Shown here: in pieces, positions 17,927 to 27,557 of the stretch
Layout of the letters: each line of letters begins with the position of its first letter
How positions within the stretch are numbered: the stretch's first letter is position 1
Source of the DNA: Candidatus Bathyarchaeota archaeon
GTDB taxonomy: Archaea > Thermoproteota > Bathyarchaeia > 40CM-2-53-6 > JALHTG01
DNA: 64,000 nucleotides
Direction: 5' to 3'
NCBI GenBank assembly: GCA_022865705.1
Contig: JALHTG010000108.1
Coordinates: forward strand, 627 to 64,626
Program-made: the position numbers and the translations under genes
Notes under the pieces: model-generated
What the model was told of the DNA's origin: nothing
Database searches by the model: none
The model's input: the letters and a program-made list of their open reading frames with translations, nothing else

Positions 17927-20900
17927 AATAAGAGAATAGGCGCTGCTTTCATAGTAATGCTATTTGCTTTAGGCATTGTTTCTGTTCCAGTATCCGCCCA
18001 CTTCACCTTAGGTGTACTGACACCAACATACGACTTCCATGCAAATGACTATGACCCACACGTGGCCGGTATCGTTGGATATGTCTGGCCAGGTGTAGGC
18101 TATGCTACAACTGCCACTGGCGCTGGTGGCCTTGCGGCACCACAGTACCCAGGCTACCAATCACCGTACCCCGGAGGAAACCCAGGAACAAAGGGCACAG
18201 GTTATGCTGGGCTCTCTGGTCCTTACAGTACAGGTTTCTATCCGCCGGGATGGTACCAGCTAGAGGCGAACAACTACGCGCCCTTCGGAGCGATATTGGC
18301 GAACACGATCAAGCCGAGTACACCCCCAGTCTTCGCCAGCACATGGTGGGGCAACCCGACCGTTGAAGGATTGCCGATCGAACTTGGCCCTGATAGTAAG
18401 CCAAACTCGCGCGGTGATCTAGTATTCGCTTTCAACGCTACCAAGGGCTTCTACGCCAACTACACGGAGCTCTTCTTATGGGTTCCAGCGGAGTTCAAGG
18501 GCATCACCTCCTCCAAGGTTGTGGCGTCATGGACGAACAACTACGACCAAATCCTAGTGAAGAGAGGCGATCTGGACAGGAACATTTACGGCAAAGGAGA
18601 CGGCTCCACCGACTACTGGACCAGCATGTATGCACCTGGTTGGACCTGTGTTAGGGTCCACGCAGACCGAGGCTACTACTTCAACAACACTCAGAAGGAT
18701 CCCGCACTGAAATCGGACATATTCTACTACCCACGCGTCATGAACTTCACCGATAAGGCTGAGTGGTACTATCTGGCCCTTAACGATGTAACCGCCCCAG
18801 TGGTCTCCGGACGATACTTCTTCAAGGTAGGCTTCAGGGCCCCGAACATGACCATCAATGTCGCCACGGGAATCCCGCAGTACTTCATTGATGGTTCCAT
18901 GTACTTCGAGTTCATGGACATTCGGAACTGGCCTGTTCTGACTGTGAAAGGTGAGGTGGATCCTGCCATCCTTACGGGCTTCATTAAGTTTGGTGGTTGG
19001 AACACTACGCTTTACGGCCAGAACGTAACCTTGCCAGGTAGAGTCAGAGCTGTAGGCATAGCTGATAATCCGTACACTGGTGTGTCCCTCAACAAGCCTG
19101 TAGAGGCTCGAGGCTACTTCAACCAGACCGCGAAAGGTCACTATGAGGTTGAAGGAGTAGCACCTGGTACGTACGATATCTATGCTTCATGCGCTGGCTA
19201 TCCTGAGCAGAAGATCGCTAGCGGAGTAAAGATCCAGAAGGGTCAATCCTATCACATTGATGGGTATTTGACTCCTGGAGCCGTGATTCATGGTACGGTG
19301 TTCTCGAAGTGTGGTACAGGCGAGATTCAGTGGGGCGCAGAGCAAGCGATGAAAATAGAGATCTACGCAGCTGCTAAGACGGCCGCTGCAGACGTTGAGA
19401 CTGTCAAACCTAACTCCAGGTTCAGTCCTCCGGCTACGGCCAGCGATGTACTCTACGCGTATGACTCTGGTTATCTCACAAAGTCAGTGAAGATGCCAGT
19501 AACCTGGTCACCAGTGCCAAACCCGACGAAACTCGGCGAGCCCACCTACGTCATCGGCCGACAGTACAGCGCGGCTACTGTAGCAAGTGGTGCACGCGAC
19601 TACTCGTACACATCCCCCAGCTACGCTGCCTCGAACAGCTTCCAATTCCCATGGTACTTCCCGTACTTAGGGAAGGGCTACACTGAGGTAGGCTACGACA
19701 GTGCGAACGCCAAGATAGGCCACGACCCGATGGGTGTTGGACCTCTGCAGAGCTGGCTCACCTCTTCCTCTCTCACCTACTTCACATGGAAGTTCGGTGA
19801 TCAGGGCAAGTACGGTGCGCCAAGCGACTGGTCTGGAATGGTTCCAGAGTACAACGCAACATGGACCAACGGTCTACCAGCTGGCCAATACTACACCAGA
19901 GCCTGGACTCTGCAATACGTGCAGACCCAGCCTGACGGAGTAACCTTTGAACACGCCTCATTCGTGATAGCTCCATCAGAGTTCCCAGGAGACATCAACG
20001 TCCCATTCGACATAAGGAAGGGTAGCATCGTCAAGAAGACGATACACTTCCACGATGTCCCAGGAACACTCACAGAGCTAGGCATTCACGGACTGCCGAA
20101 GAGCCACTTCAGGCCACACGTCGATGCTTACCACTCGACCGTGAAGGATGCTGAGATAAGAATCAGGATCTACGTGCGAGACGCAACTTCTTCAGCCTTC
20201 GCATGGGGATACTCAGACAACATCCACGCCACCGACGGCCCAGTCACGTCTTCCATAAAAGGATACGATGACAAGGGCTACGCTGGAAGAAGCTACGGAA
20301 TACCTGCGGGCGACTACAAGATCGAGGACAGGGTTGAAGGCTTCGTCCAGGAACCGAAGGACTTCTGGGTATCAGTCGGCCTATGCGGAACCATTATCGA
20401 AGTAAGCAACCATGTCTACAGAGGAGTTCGCTTCAACATAACAATATTCGCTAAGGACTGGGAGCATCCGACCGTCGACCAGACTTGGAAGTATAACAAC
20501 GATGTGGTCTACGTCGGAGTCTACAAGGACGGCGTGCTGCAAGGTGTGATGTGGACCTGGACTGTAAAGTCCTACAAGCCCGTCGTACTCAACATCACTG
20601 ACTGGTTCAGCGACAGAATCATAGCAGGCGTCTGGGCCTGGGACACAGGACTCTACGAGTTCAAGGCCTTCGTCTACGGCTATGTTCAGAAGAAGCCTGT
20701 TCAGGTCTACGCCACACGTGGCGCCCTGGCGGACATTCTGATCAAGCTGACCGAAGGAGCTCAAATTCCAGTGACGATGAAGTTCAAGCATGAATCGATC
20801 TTTGAAGACTTCCACTGGAACGCATCGATGAGAGTCCGAGTATTCGACGACGCGAACAACCTTGTCGGCGAATACATGACGTCTGACCCATGGCACGGAT

Positions 20901-21775
20901 ACCTAGACTATGACGCGACCACAGGCATAACCAAGCAATTCACCGACTTCACAGTGAAAACAGGATACTCCAAGCAGAAGAGCCCCTTGGACGACAAGGA
21001 GCTCAACTACGTGCCGAAACCAACTACAACGCTTCAGTTCACGATCTGCGGTACACCTGACACGCGATTCTGGTGGTACGACAGCTCAACGGACCCAGCC
21101 GCATCGGACTACGATCACCCCAGCCCAGCATTTCCGACCTTTGACCTAAGCTGGCATGCATACAGCAAGACTCATCTCGTCGACGCGCCCTACGGCATAG
21201 ATGCCGATCCTAACTACAAGGGTGCGTATCGACTCGAAGTAGATGTTGTCCCATGGTACAACTGGAAGTCATTCTTCCCAATGCCATTGGGAGGACTCTA
21301 CGGTGAGTCACCGAAGTACGTACCGGAGAACCACCTAGGACCCTGGGTACTCAACTTCCCGATAACTGTGCCCGGAATGCACCTAGGCGGAAAATCCTCA
21401 CTGTACTTCGAGCTTGACATGCGAGGAAGCACAGCTGGTCTAGTGACAGGCTACACATGGTGTGACGACTGGCGGCCAACATCGTGGGCCGGAGTCGTGT
21501 TCACCGGAGCCGACGGCAAGGTCGTCGAGCGTGTGCCAACCAAGGACGGACAATACTTCGCATATCTGCCGAGCGGACAACTCAGCATGACCATAACGCA
21601 CGGTGGATACGTAAGCCCGAAGGTCCCAGTCTACGTCACTGACGGAGGCTTCGGCCTAAGAAACGTTCCATTGGAACGCGCGAACGTACCCATCCCAGAG
21701 TTCCCAGTAGCAGCAGTGGTTCTAGCATTCTCGCTAGCAGCGTCTCTATTCATACTACGGCGCAGAAGAAAGTAA
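17924..21775 (+). CDS. Giant secreted cell-surface (S-layer-like) protein with a PEF-CTERM-type archaeosortase sorting signal
   Basis: 1283 aa. Signal peptide AAFIVMLFALGIVSVPVSA. Carboxypeptidase-regulatory-like segment GHYEVEGVAPGTYDIYASCAGY. At least a dozen N-x-S/T sequons. C-terminus PIPEFPVAAVVLAFSLAASLFILRRRRK. Confidence 0.8.
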   Translation: MNKRIGAAFIVMLFALGIVSVPVSAHFTLGVLTPTYDFHANDYDPHVAGIVGYVWPGVGYATTATGAGGLAAPQYPGYQSPYPGGNPGTKGTGYAGLSGPYSTGFYPPGWYQLEANNYAPFGAILANTIKPSTPPVFASTWWGNPTVEGLPIELGPDSKPNSRGDLVFAFNATKGFYANYTELFLWVPAEFKGITSSKVVASWTNNYDQILVKRGDLDRNIYGKGDGSTDYWTSMYAPGWTCVRVHADRGYYFNNTQKDPALKSDIFYYPRVMNFTDKAEWYYLALNDVTAPVVSGRYFFKVGFRAPNMTINVATGIPQYFIDGSMYFEFMDIRNWPVLTVKGEVDPAILTGFIKFGGWNTTLYGQNVTLPGRVRAVGIADNPYTGVSLNKPVEARGYFNQTAKGHYEVEGVAPGTYDIYASCAGYPEQKIASGVKIQKGQSYHIDGYLTPGAVIHGTVFSKCGTGEIQWGAEQAMKIEIYAAAKTAAADVETVKPNSRFSPPATASDVLYAYDSGYLTKSVKMPVTWSPVPNPTKLGEPTYVIGRQYSAATVASGARDYSYTSPSYAASNSFQFPWYFPYLGKGYTEVGYDSANAKIGHDPMGVGPLQSWLTSSSLTYFTWKFGDQGKYGAPSDWSGMVPEYNATWTNGLPAGQYYTRAWTLQYVQTQPDGVTFEHASFVIAPSEFPGDINVPFDIRKGSIVKKTIHFHDVPGTLTELGIHGLPKSHFRPHVDAYHSTVKDAEIRIRIYVRDATSSAFAWGYSDNIHATDGPVTSSIKGYDDKGYAGRSYGIPAGDYKIEDRVEGFVQEPKDFWVSVGLCGTIIEVSNHVYRGVRFNITIFAKDWEHPTVDQTWKYNNDVVYVGVYKDGVLQGVMWTWTVKSYKPVVLNITDWFSDRIIAGVWAWDTGLYEFKAFVYGYVQKKPVQVYATRGALADILIKLTEGAQIPVTMKFKHESIFEDFHWNASMRVRVFDDANNLVGEYMTSDPWHGYLDYDATTGITKQFTDFTVKTGYSKQKSPLDDKELNYVPKPTTTLQFTICGTPDTRFWWYDSSTDPAASDYDHPSPAFPTFDLSWHAYSKTHLVDAPYGIDADPNYKGAYRLEVDVVPWYNWKSFFPMPLGGLYGESPKYVPENHLGPWVLNFPITVPGMHLGGKSSLYFELDMRGSTAGLVTGYTWCDDWRPTSWAGVVFTGADGKVVERVPTKDGQYFAYLPSGQLSMTITHGGYVSPKVPVYVTDGGFGLRNVPLERANVPIPEFPVAAVVLAFSLAASLFILRRRRK

Positions 21776-21776
21776 A

Positions 21777-21813
21777 AGGTCCCCTCTCAAGGGACCTAAA
21801 CTCCCCCTTTTCT
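21777..21813 (+). terminator. Hairpin plus T-rich tract downstream of the surface-protein gene
   Basis: Perfect 7-bp stem AGGTCCC/GGGACCT (21777-21797) with a 7-nt loop, followed by CCCCCTTTTCTT. Confidence 0.55.
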
Positions 21814-21966
21814 TAGGGAAAACATACAAGTTCTAACACTAGTTTTGAATCTGATTCGAAGCAGCTTTCTTAGAGTCTGTCTCCGCTCATCAAGCTGTGG
21901 CCGTCACGCACGCTGAGTAGAAAGTGTTCTCAAATGGCCCGTGACGCGACCTAGATCTCATCGCAC

Positions 21967-22773
21967 CTACAAGATCTTCAGTAGTTCTTCCTCGAACTTT
22001 CTTGCGAAAACCTCAGGATCCCTTTCCGGCACTGTACTGGTTATCTTGTTTCCGTTGAAGATGACCTCTAAACCGCAGAGCAAGGCCTCATCCAGCATCC
22101 TTGGCAATCCATCTTGCGAAGTCATACGGATGAGCCGCCTATGCCTAGCGTAAAGCTCAGGCATTTTTTCCTGAGGCATAAACGGTATCACTTCGACATT
22201 AGGCAAGTCGATCTTGTGATCTGCTGGGCTGGCCGCGTTTCCTATTATGGTTATCTTCTCCTTAGGATGCTCCTTGGCGCGATTCAAGATCCAGTCCAGT
22301 CGATATATCCTAGCGCTATCATCTCCACCTGGGCAATAGTAGAGCGTATCCCTCTCAGGCCGTAAGCTATCCCTCACCTTCTTGAATTGGTCAACGTTTA
22401 TCGGAAAAGGAAGAGCTGCACCCTTCTTCCCAACAAATTCCATCAGATGAGGCGACGTGTAGAAAGCTAGTTCGCATGCGTAAACTACGAACCTCCAAAA
22501 CAGTTTCCGGAAACCCCTCTCATCCGCATACCTATAGGCGTCGCTTCCCACAAAGTGAACAATGGTCTTCTTCCTCAAGGCCTCTGCGGCTGCCAAGTAG
22601 CGACTCGCCGTTTGGAGGTGCGCACCGTAGACCACATCAATCCCTCTCAGTTTCAAAGGGTTGGGAATCTTCACGTCCTCCGTATACTCGACTTGGAGTC
22701 CTCTGCTTCTCAAAGCTTTCACGACAACTTCGTTGTTGCAGCCCCTGGCACCGACCATAAGTATCCTCACCAT
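21967..22773 (-). CDS. Glycosyltransferase-like protein (GT-B-like, weak)
   Basis: 268 aa from the internal ATG at 22773 (MVRILMVGARG), with GGAG about 10 nt upstream. The general two-Rossmann layout is only loosely recognisable. Confidence 0.4.
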   Translation of the reverse strand: MVRILMVGARGCNNEVVVKALRSRGLQVEYTEDVKIPNPLKLRGIDVVYGAHLQTASRYLAAAEALRKKTIVHFVGSDAYRYADERGFRKLFWRFVVYACELAFYTSPHLMEFVGKKGAALPFPINVDQFKKVRDSLRPERDTLYYCPGGDDSARIYRLDWILNRAKEHPKEKITIIGNAASPADHKIDLPNVEVIPFMPQEKMPELYARHRRLIRMTSQDGLPRMLDEALLCGLEVIFNGNKITSTVPERDPEVFARKFEEELLKIL

Positions 22774-22910
22774 GGCTCGTTCTCCACTCTCAAGTCGCTC
22801 ATAGTTCATCATGAGGAAAAGGTTAATCGTTCTTTCAAGAGGCATGCATCTTTACAGATTCAGAAATGGTCTGGATCCCTCTAGAATGAGAACACTTGAT
22901 AACAGATACC

Positions 22911-22922
22911 AGCGCGCGCCAC
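22911..22922. repeat. AGCGCGCGCCAC, left copy of an identical 12-mer direct repeat
   Basis: Intergenic, 132 nt from the vapC stop. Confidence 0.9.
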
Positions 22923-23053
22923 TCCAAGTTGGCATTTACGTGTGGATATGTGTGTGTTCAATTGCTGTGGGCCGATTGCTTGCTTTCAATTGTCAAATGT
23001 GTTGTTGAGGTATGGCTTTCGGTCTTCTTGGACGTATCCAGCTACCATAGTCC

Positions 23054-23494
23054 TTAAGTAGATATTTTCTCAGGTTTGGTTTCTCTTAGGAGTTGGGTCG
23101 CGCAGTATTGTCTTGTCTTGATGAGAAGGTCCCTGTCAGCGGTAATCAGTGTGGCATCATGCTCTTTGGTGAGCGCGACATACATGGCATCATAGAACGT
23201 TACTTTCAACTGCTTTGATATCTCGAAGCTTTTTCCTAGCAGCTTGGTGTCAGCGAAGCTTCTCAACTCGATGCCCAAATTCAGGAGTGATTGGAAAGCG
23301 CTTGCTGAGCTGTCTGATGTAAATGAAGGATGTTTTGTCAAGACGTTTCCAATCTCATAGATGACGATTAGTGGCGACGAAAGGACTATTTTTCCGGCTG
23401 AATGCAAATCTCGGATTTGAATCGCCTTATCGGAATCCTCCTCGGTGATGTACCATTTGGCGACAACCGAGGCATCTATGACCATATTTTTCAT
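23054..23494 (-). CDS. vapC: PIN-domain toxin VapC
   Basis: 146 aa. VIDASVVAKW N-terminal Asp, FYDAMYVALT, ITADRDL. Confidence 0.8.
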   Translation of the reverse strand: MKNMVIDASVVAKWYITEEDSDKAIQIRDLHSAGKIVLSSPLIVIYEIGNVLTKHPSFTSDSSASAFQSLLNLGIELRSFADTKLLGKSFEISKQLKVTFYDAMYVALTKEHDATLITADRDLLIKTRQYCATQLLRETKPEKIST

Positions 23495-23727
23495 CGTGAA
23501 TTCCTCGCGTCCCTGATCACTTTGACGCTGTCGAATTTGACGCCTTTCGTCTTCTCTCTCAATTCGTCCATGATTCTGCAGGCTTGCTTCCTTTTTTCGA
23601 CCTTAACCCTCTCTTCTATTGCTTGCCTCAGGTAGTCTGCCCAGTCCAAGTCTAGCCTGTTCATATCTTCCTTCAGATCTTTGGGGACGCGGATCGAGAC
23701 AACCTCCATGGTGAGCGACCTCACCAC
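23491..23727 (-). CDS. vapB: VapB-type antitoxin (RHH-like)
   Basis: VSIRVPKDLKEDMNRL...ADYLRQAIEERV. 4-nt overlap with vapC. Confidence 0.7.
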   Translation of the reverse strand: MVRSLTMEVVSIRVPKDLKEDMNRLDLDWADYLRQAIEERVKVEKRKQACRIMDELREKTKGVKFDSVKVIRDARNSR

Positions 23728-23787
23728 GATACATATTTGCTTACAAATAACGTTTTCTCAGAGCGTTTACCAAAAAGTATACGGTAA

Positions 23788-23799
23788 AGCGCGCGCCAC
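23788..23799. repeat. AGCGCGCGCCAC, right copy of an identical 12-mer direct repeat
   Basis: Intergenic, 61 nt from the vapB start. Confidence 0.9.
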
Positions 23800-23845
23800 A
23801 GCCCCACATTCGACATAATATCCAATAGACCCGATGCACTAGCTC

Positions 23846-23853
23846 GGCCGGCC
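23846..23853. repeat. GGCCGGCC palindrome (context tcGGCCGGCCGTagca)
   Basis: Read directly. Immediately precedes the start-less IS110 N-terminal reading frame. Confidence 0.95.
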
Positions 23854-23858
23854 GTAGC

Positions 23859-24235
23859 ATAGGTATTGATGTGGGTAAGAGGCGTTGCCAGGCATATGTT
23901 ATAGATGAGCATGATTCGATTGTAGACGAATTCGAGTTCGAGAACAGCTTCGAAGGCCTGTCGTATCTTACTGGAAAAGCGAAACCGGGCCCTGCGAAGC
24001 CTGCAGTTGGATCCGGTGGATAGATGCATTCTCAACACTCATCTACGCCACTTGGAATGTCTGAGACGCGAAACGGGGATGCTTGATTCGAAGATAGCTG
24101 CAAAGGCTAGTGAAAGCCAAGAAGCCAAGCTGTTGATGAGCTTCACAGGAATAGACTATCGCAGCGCGATGCTCACAACATCAGAGATCGGAGACATCTC
24201 AAGATTTCCCTCGTCGAAGCATCTTGTCGCGCGCG
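23859..24235 (+). mobile_element. Decayed IS110-family transposase gene (N-terminal piece, internal deletion or frameshift, part of the C-terminal domain)
   Basis: The frame beginning right after GGCCGGCC (23846) reads IGIDVGKRRCQAYVIDEHDSIVDEFEFEN, an IS110 N-terminal pattern without a start codon. A second frame reads LLMSFTGIDYRSAMLTTSEIGDISRFPSSKHLVA (Transposase_20-like) and loses homology at the CG run 24228-24235. Confidence 0.7.
24228..24235. repeat. Alternating CG run, 8 nt, followed by TCCACTCCA
   Basis: IS110 homology ends here. The flank resembles the flank of the 22911 site (CCACTCCA). Confidence 0.9.
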
Positions 24236-24339
24236 TCCACTCCACAGACATGTGGCATATCTCTTAGGGAAATGAGTCCGGGCTTCCTCCTTTCCATCGC
24301 CGTGAGACATGGCGAGTCTTGTTTTCTCTTGATTTTCCC

Positions 24340-24747
24340 CTATGGAGTGTGACGTTTGAGGTCATTCAGCTTCAGAGTCCTGATATGGGTTCTGGCTTTC
24401 TGTGTCAAAGGTTCATCTTCAGTCACCAGGGTTAGGTTTCTTTCTCGAGCATAGAAAACGTACGATGCATCGTAGAAGGTTAGCTTCAGCCTTTGAGCAG
24501 CGTCCAATATGGCTTCTTCATGGCAACCGACTTCGAGCACCTGCATTATGTTGAGTACTTGCTTCACTAGTCTAACGAGCTTCTTTGATTCGTCATTGGT
24601 GAGCCTCTTGTGTAGTGTGGATTCCTTCCAAAGAACGTTCCCCAGTTCGTATCTCGTCAGTTCCAAGGTGTTGTTTCCTAGCAGGGTTTCCACGGTGTTC
24701 TCTTTGATGGCTTTGAATATTGCCGAGGAGTCGAAAAGGAAGCTCAC
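24340..24747 (-). CDS. vapC: PIN-domain toxin VapC
   Basis: 135 aa. LFDSSAIFKA, FYDASYVFYA, VTEDEPL. Confidence 0.8.
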   Translation of the reverse strand: MSFLFDSSAIFKAIKENTVETLLGNNTLELTRYELGNVLWKESTLHKRLTNDESKKLVRLVKQVLNIMQVLEVGCHEEAILDAAQRLKLTFYDASYVFYARERNLTLVTEDEPLTQKARTHIRTLKLNDLKRHTP

Positions 24748-24983
24748 CTTTGCTCCCTGTCCTCTCTAATCGATCTTACCACAGTTCCAACAGTGATCTT
24801 TGCGAGTGTAGGTTCCAGGCTCTCGATCTCGCTCCTGATTCTCTCAACCTCTTTTCTCTTCACTTCATCTTCGATGGCCTTTCTTAGCAACTTGGAAGGT
24901 TTGATGCCAAGTCTCTGGAGTTCTCCCTTGAGCGCGGCGGGGATCTTCACGGATACGGTCACATACTTACTCATGGTTGCCAC
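24744..24983 (-). CDS. vapB: VapB-type antitoxin
   Basis: 79 aa. VSVKIPAALKGELQRLGIKPSKLLRKAIEDEV. 4-nt overlap with vapC. Confidence 0.7.
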   Translation of the reverse strand: MATMSKYVTVSVKIPAALKGELQRLGIKPSKLLRKAIEDEVKRKEVERIRSEIESLEPTLAKITVGTVVRSIREDREQR

Positions 24984-25216
24984 TAGCAGTAATACCTGTT
25001 CAAAGGAAAATAAGGTTTACCTAAAGGTAAGAAAGCGGAATCGGAATCATGCCTATAACAAGATCACTTCTGACAGCCCGCATTGCTTGACATCTCTAGG
25101 CTTTTTCCGAATTCGATTTAATCATTTCCACCAGAACACCGCGGTTCACGACCAAAAGAGCTATCCCAAACCCGGTTGATAAGCCACGAAAGACTGCAGG
25201 ATACTGTCTGACTAAG

Positions 25217-26194
25217 GTGCTTGTTGTCTTGGTTCGCAAGTATGACCGGGTTCTCGTCACTGGCGGTGCAGGCTTCATAGGCAGCCATATTGTCGATAGG
25301 CTGATGGCGGATGGCTGCGAGGTCCGAGTTCTCGACAATCTCTCCACAGGAAAGCTCAGCAACATCAAGAAACATGTTGGAAGCAGACGGTTCCGATTCA
25401 TAAAAGGCGACATAACCGATCAATCTATGCTACGAAAAGCCTTGAACGGAATCGAGATTGTTTTCCATGAGGCCGCACAGGTCAACATCACCGCCTCGGT
25501 AAGAGATCCGCTTCCAACTAACGACGTGAACACGACAGGAACACTAAGACTTCTCAAGACCAGCACAGACAAAGGAGTACGGAGGTTCATCTACGCATCA
25601 TCCTCATCCATCTACGGAGAAACCGGCGAACAACCGGTCAAGGAGGATGCGGCCCAGCAACCTGTCTCGCCCTACGCTGTGTCAAAACTCGCAGCCGAAA
25701 AATACTGCCTGTGCTTCGATCATCTTGGGAAACTTGACGCAGTAGCTCTGAGATACTTCAACGTATATGGCCCGCGGCAAGGCTACGGTCCATACAGCGG
25801 CGTCATGACAGCATTTCTAGAACGGCTGCGAAGAAACCAGCCACTAATCATCCACGGAGATGGAGAACAAACAAGAGACTTTGTGAATGTCCAAGATGTT
25901 GTGCAAGCGAACATTCTTGCAATGACTACAGAGAAAGCGGCAGGTGAAGCCTTCAACATTGGAACCGGCCAGAGAACAAGCGTAAACAAGTTAGCAGAAA
26001 TGGTCATTGAGGCGAGCGGAAAGAAAGACTTGACTCCGACTCACGCATCTGCCCGGTCTGGGGACGTAAGGCACAGCTGCGCCGACATTGAAAAGGCCCG
26101 GAGAGTTCTCGGCTACTCACCGAACGTCACGTTGAGAAGCTACATCAGTGAAGTAACTCGCGAGAGAAAACCTTCAAAACGACTCACATTTTGA
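25217..26194 (+). CDS. NAD-dependent nucleotide-sugar epimerase/dehydratase (SDR, GalE/WbpP-like)
   Basis: VLVTGGAGFIGSHIV Rossmann motif, YAVSKLAAE catalytic YxxxK. GTG start. Confidence 0.85.
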   Translation: MLVVLVRKYDRVLVTGGAGFIGSHIVDRLMADGCEVRVLDNLSTGKLSNIKKHVGSRRFRFIKGDITDQSMLRKALNGIEIVFHEAAQVNITASVRDPLPTNDVNTTGTLRLLKTSTDKGVRRFIYASSSSIYGETGEQPVKEDAAQQPVSPYAVSKLAAEKYCLCFDHLGKLDAVALRYFNVYGPRQGYGPYSGVMTAFLERLRRNQPLIIHGDGEQTRDFVNVQDVVQANILAMTTEKAAGEAFNIGTGQRTSVNKLAEMVIEASGKKDLTPTHASARSGDVRHSCADIEKARRVLGYSPNVTLRSYISEVTRERKPSKRLTF

Positions 26195-26312
26195 TCCTTG
26201 TCGTCTTTCTCTATTGGAACAGTGATCATGTGGACCGCTATCTCTTCTTTGATGAGGTCTTTCCAATTGGTTGTTGCTCGCATCATTCCGGATTTTGATA
26301 GAAGATATCGTA

Positions 26313-26582
26313 TCATGCACTTTTTCGGCCGGCCGGACGAATCCTGCCTTGCATATGAGGCGGAAGCTTGCCTGCTGCTTGTAGTCGCCTCAGCCTGGAG
26401 AACGTGCTCCAGTCCATGTTCAGCCTCCGCTGCACCTGCTGAGCGTTGCTTGACTCAACGAACGATGCGTACTTAGCCACGATGTCGCCGCACTGCCAGC
26501 GTTTTTTCACTTCAGGGTCGCTGAAGTTTGCTTCATGTCTGAACCACATTCCGCGGCGGCGGTAATTCATACGGCCGGCCAC
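26313..26582 (-). CDS. Orphan 89-aa ORF filling a 254-bp segment bounded by two GGCCGGCC sites
   Basis: No recognisable family. Both ends of the ORF run into the palindromes at 26327 and 26573. Possibly a gene fragment. Confidence 0.2.
   Translation of the reverse strand: MAGRMNYRRRGMWFRHEANFSDPEVKKRWQCGDIVAKYASFVESSNAQQVQRRLNMDWSTFSRLRRLQAAGKLPPHMQGRIRPAGRKSA
26327..26334. repeat. GGCCGGCC palindrome (context tcGGCCGGCCgg)
   Basis: Read directly. Left edge of the 254-bp segment. Confidence 0.95.
26573..26580. repeat. GGCCGGCC palindrome (context tACGGCCGGCCaccgtag)
   Basis: Read directly. Right edge of the 254-bp segment and left edge of the PIN-like/UPF0175 cassette. Confidence 0.95.
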
Positions 26583-26680
26583 CGTAGTACGTCACCTTTG
26601 AGGAAGCTAGGAGAAGGTACGGTAGGGAATAGTGTCCGGGTACAAGGTCTATCTCTCAAGGAGGGCTGATAGCTTCCTCT

Positions 26681-27211
26681 CTAAAGTCTTCTGAGGTAAT
26701 CAAGTAGCCTTTCGTAATCTTCCTCGGTTATTCGCCATCCGGAGCGACGCATCTCGCCTACCTTTCGTAGGATTTCATCCCTTGATACTGCTCTAGCCTT
26801 GTACATTCTTCCAAGTATGTACCCTGTGCCATGAAGCTCGACACTGACAAGTCTTGCGACAGACCTGGCTACGTGATCATCGCTGATGACTACTCCATCG
26901 AGCTCTTTGCTTAGAGCTATGACGTCTGCCTCAGCCTTATGAAGCGGAGTCTTCTCCTTCTCGGCTGCGATCTTCACGATCTTCAAGACATAAGCTACGT
27001 CCTTTGGGTCTTGTAGCTTGATTGCCTTTTCTTCAATCAATCCGCGTAGGATTCTTGCCTCTGGTTTTCCCAGCGCCTCTCCTTTCAACAACTCCTTGTA
27101 GACGCTAGTGGTCGTAAACTTTGGTTGGTCAAGTTGCACCAAGGAGTTTGAGAGGGATACTTTTGCGATGTGTATTAGGGGTGTTGAATCGAAGATGAGG
27201 GGTTTGGCCAA
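26681..27211 (-). CDS. PIN-like nucleic-acid-binding protein (DUF3368/COG2405 type) toxin
   Basis: 176 aa. LIFDSTPLIHIAK, GEALGKPEA, HKAEADVIALS, VISDDHVAR. Confidence 0.6.
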   Translation of the reverse strand: MAKPLIFDSTPLIHIAKVSLSNSLVQLDQPKFTTTSVYKELLKGEALGKPEARILRGLIEEKAIKLQDPKDVAYVLKIVKIAAEKEKTPLHKAEADVIALSKELDGVVISDDHVARSVARLVSVELHGTGYILGRMYKARAVSRDEILRKVGEMRRSGWRITEEDYERLLDYLRRL

Positions 27212-27221
27212 CAGTGAAAGT

Positions 27222-27557
27222 TTACTCCTTCAACGCTGCTTCAAAATCCTCGATGAAATCCTCTGACGTATACTGTAGAGGGACCTTCCTTTTCTCCATC
27301 TCATCCATAAGCTCCCATAGGGAGAGACCCGCGATGTCGGCTGCCTTCCACACGGTAGCTGATCCCTCAAGGTAGGACCTCAACGCTTTCTCCAGCTTCC
27401 AGCGCTTAACGTAAAGATCGGCTGCACGCACAATGACCGTTGACCTGTCAACTCTTTCTTCAGATGCAATCCTGTCAACTTCGTCTGCAATGTCGTGGCG
27501 AAGCCTTGCAGCGATCACTCTCATCCCTTGACCTTCTCGCCTAGCCAACTGGGTCAC
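27222..27557 (-). CDS. UPF0175-family antitoxin-like protein
   Basis: 111 aa. SATVWKAADIAGLSLWELMDEMEKRKVP is the typical UPF0175 C-terminal HTH-like segment. Lies upstream of the PIN-like gene. Confidence 0.6.
   Translation of the reverse strand: MTQLARREGQGMRVIAARLRHDIADEVDRIASEERVDRSTVIVRAADLYVKRWKLEKALRSYLEGSATVWKAADIAGLSLWELMDEMEKRKVPLQYTSEDFIEDFEAALKE

Noticed and set aside
18554-19141. 195-aa antisense ORF inside the surface-protein gene (also 20381-20896, 171 aa)
   Set aside because: These are shadow ORFs opposite a long, clearly coding frame. They have no motifs and low-complexity composition.
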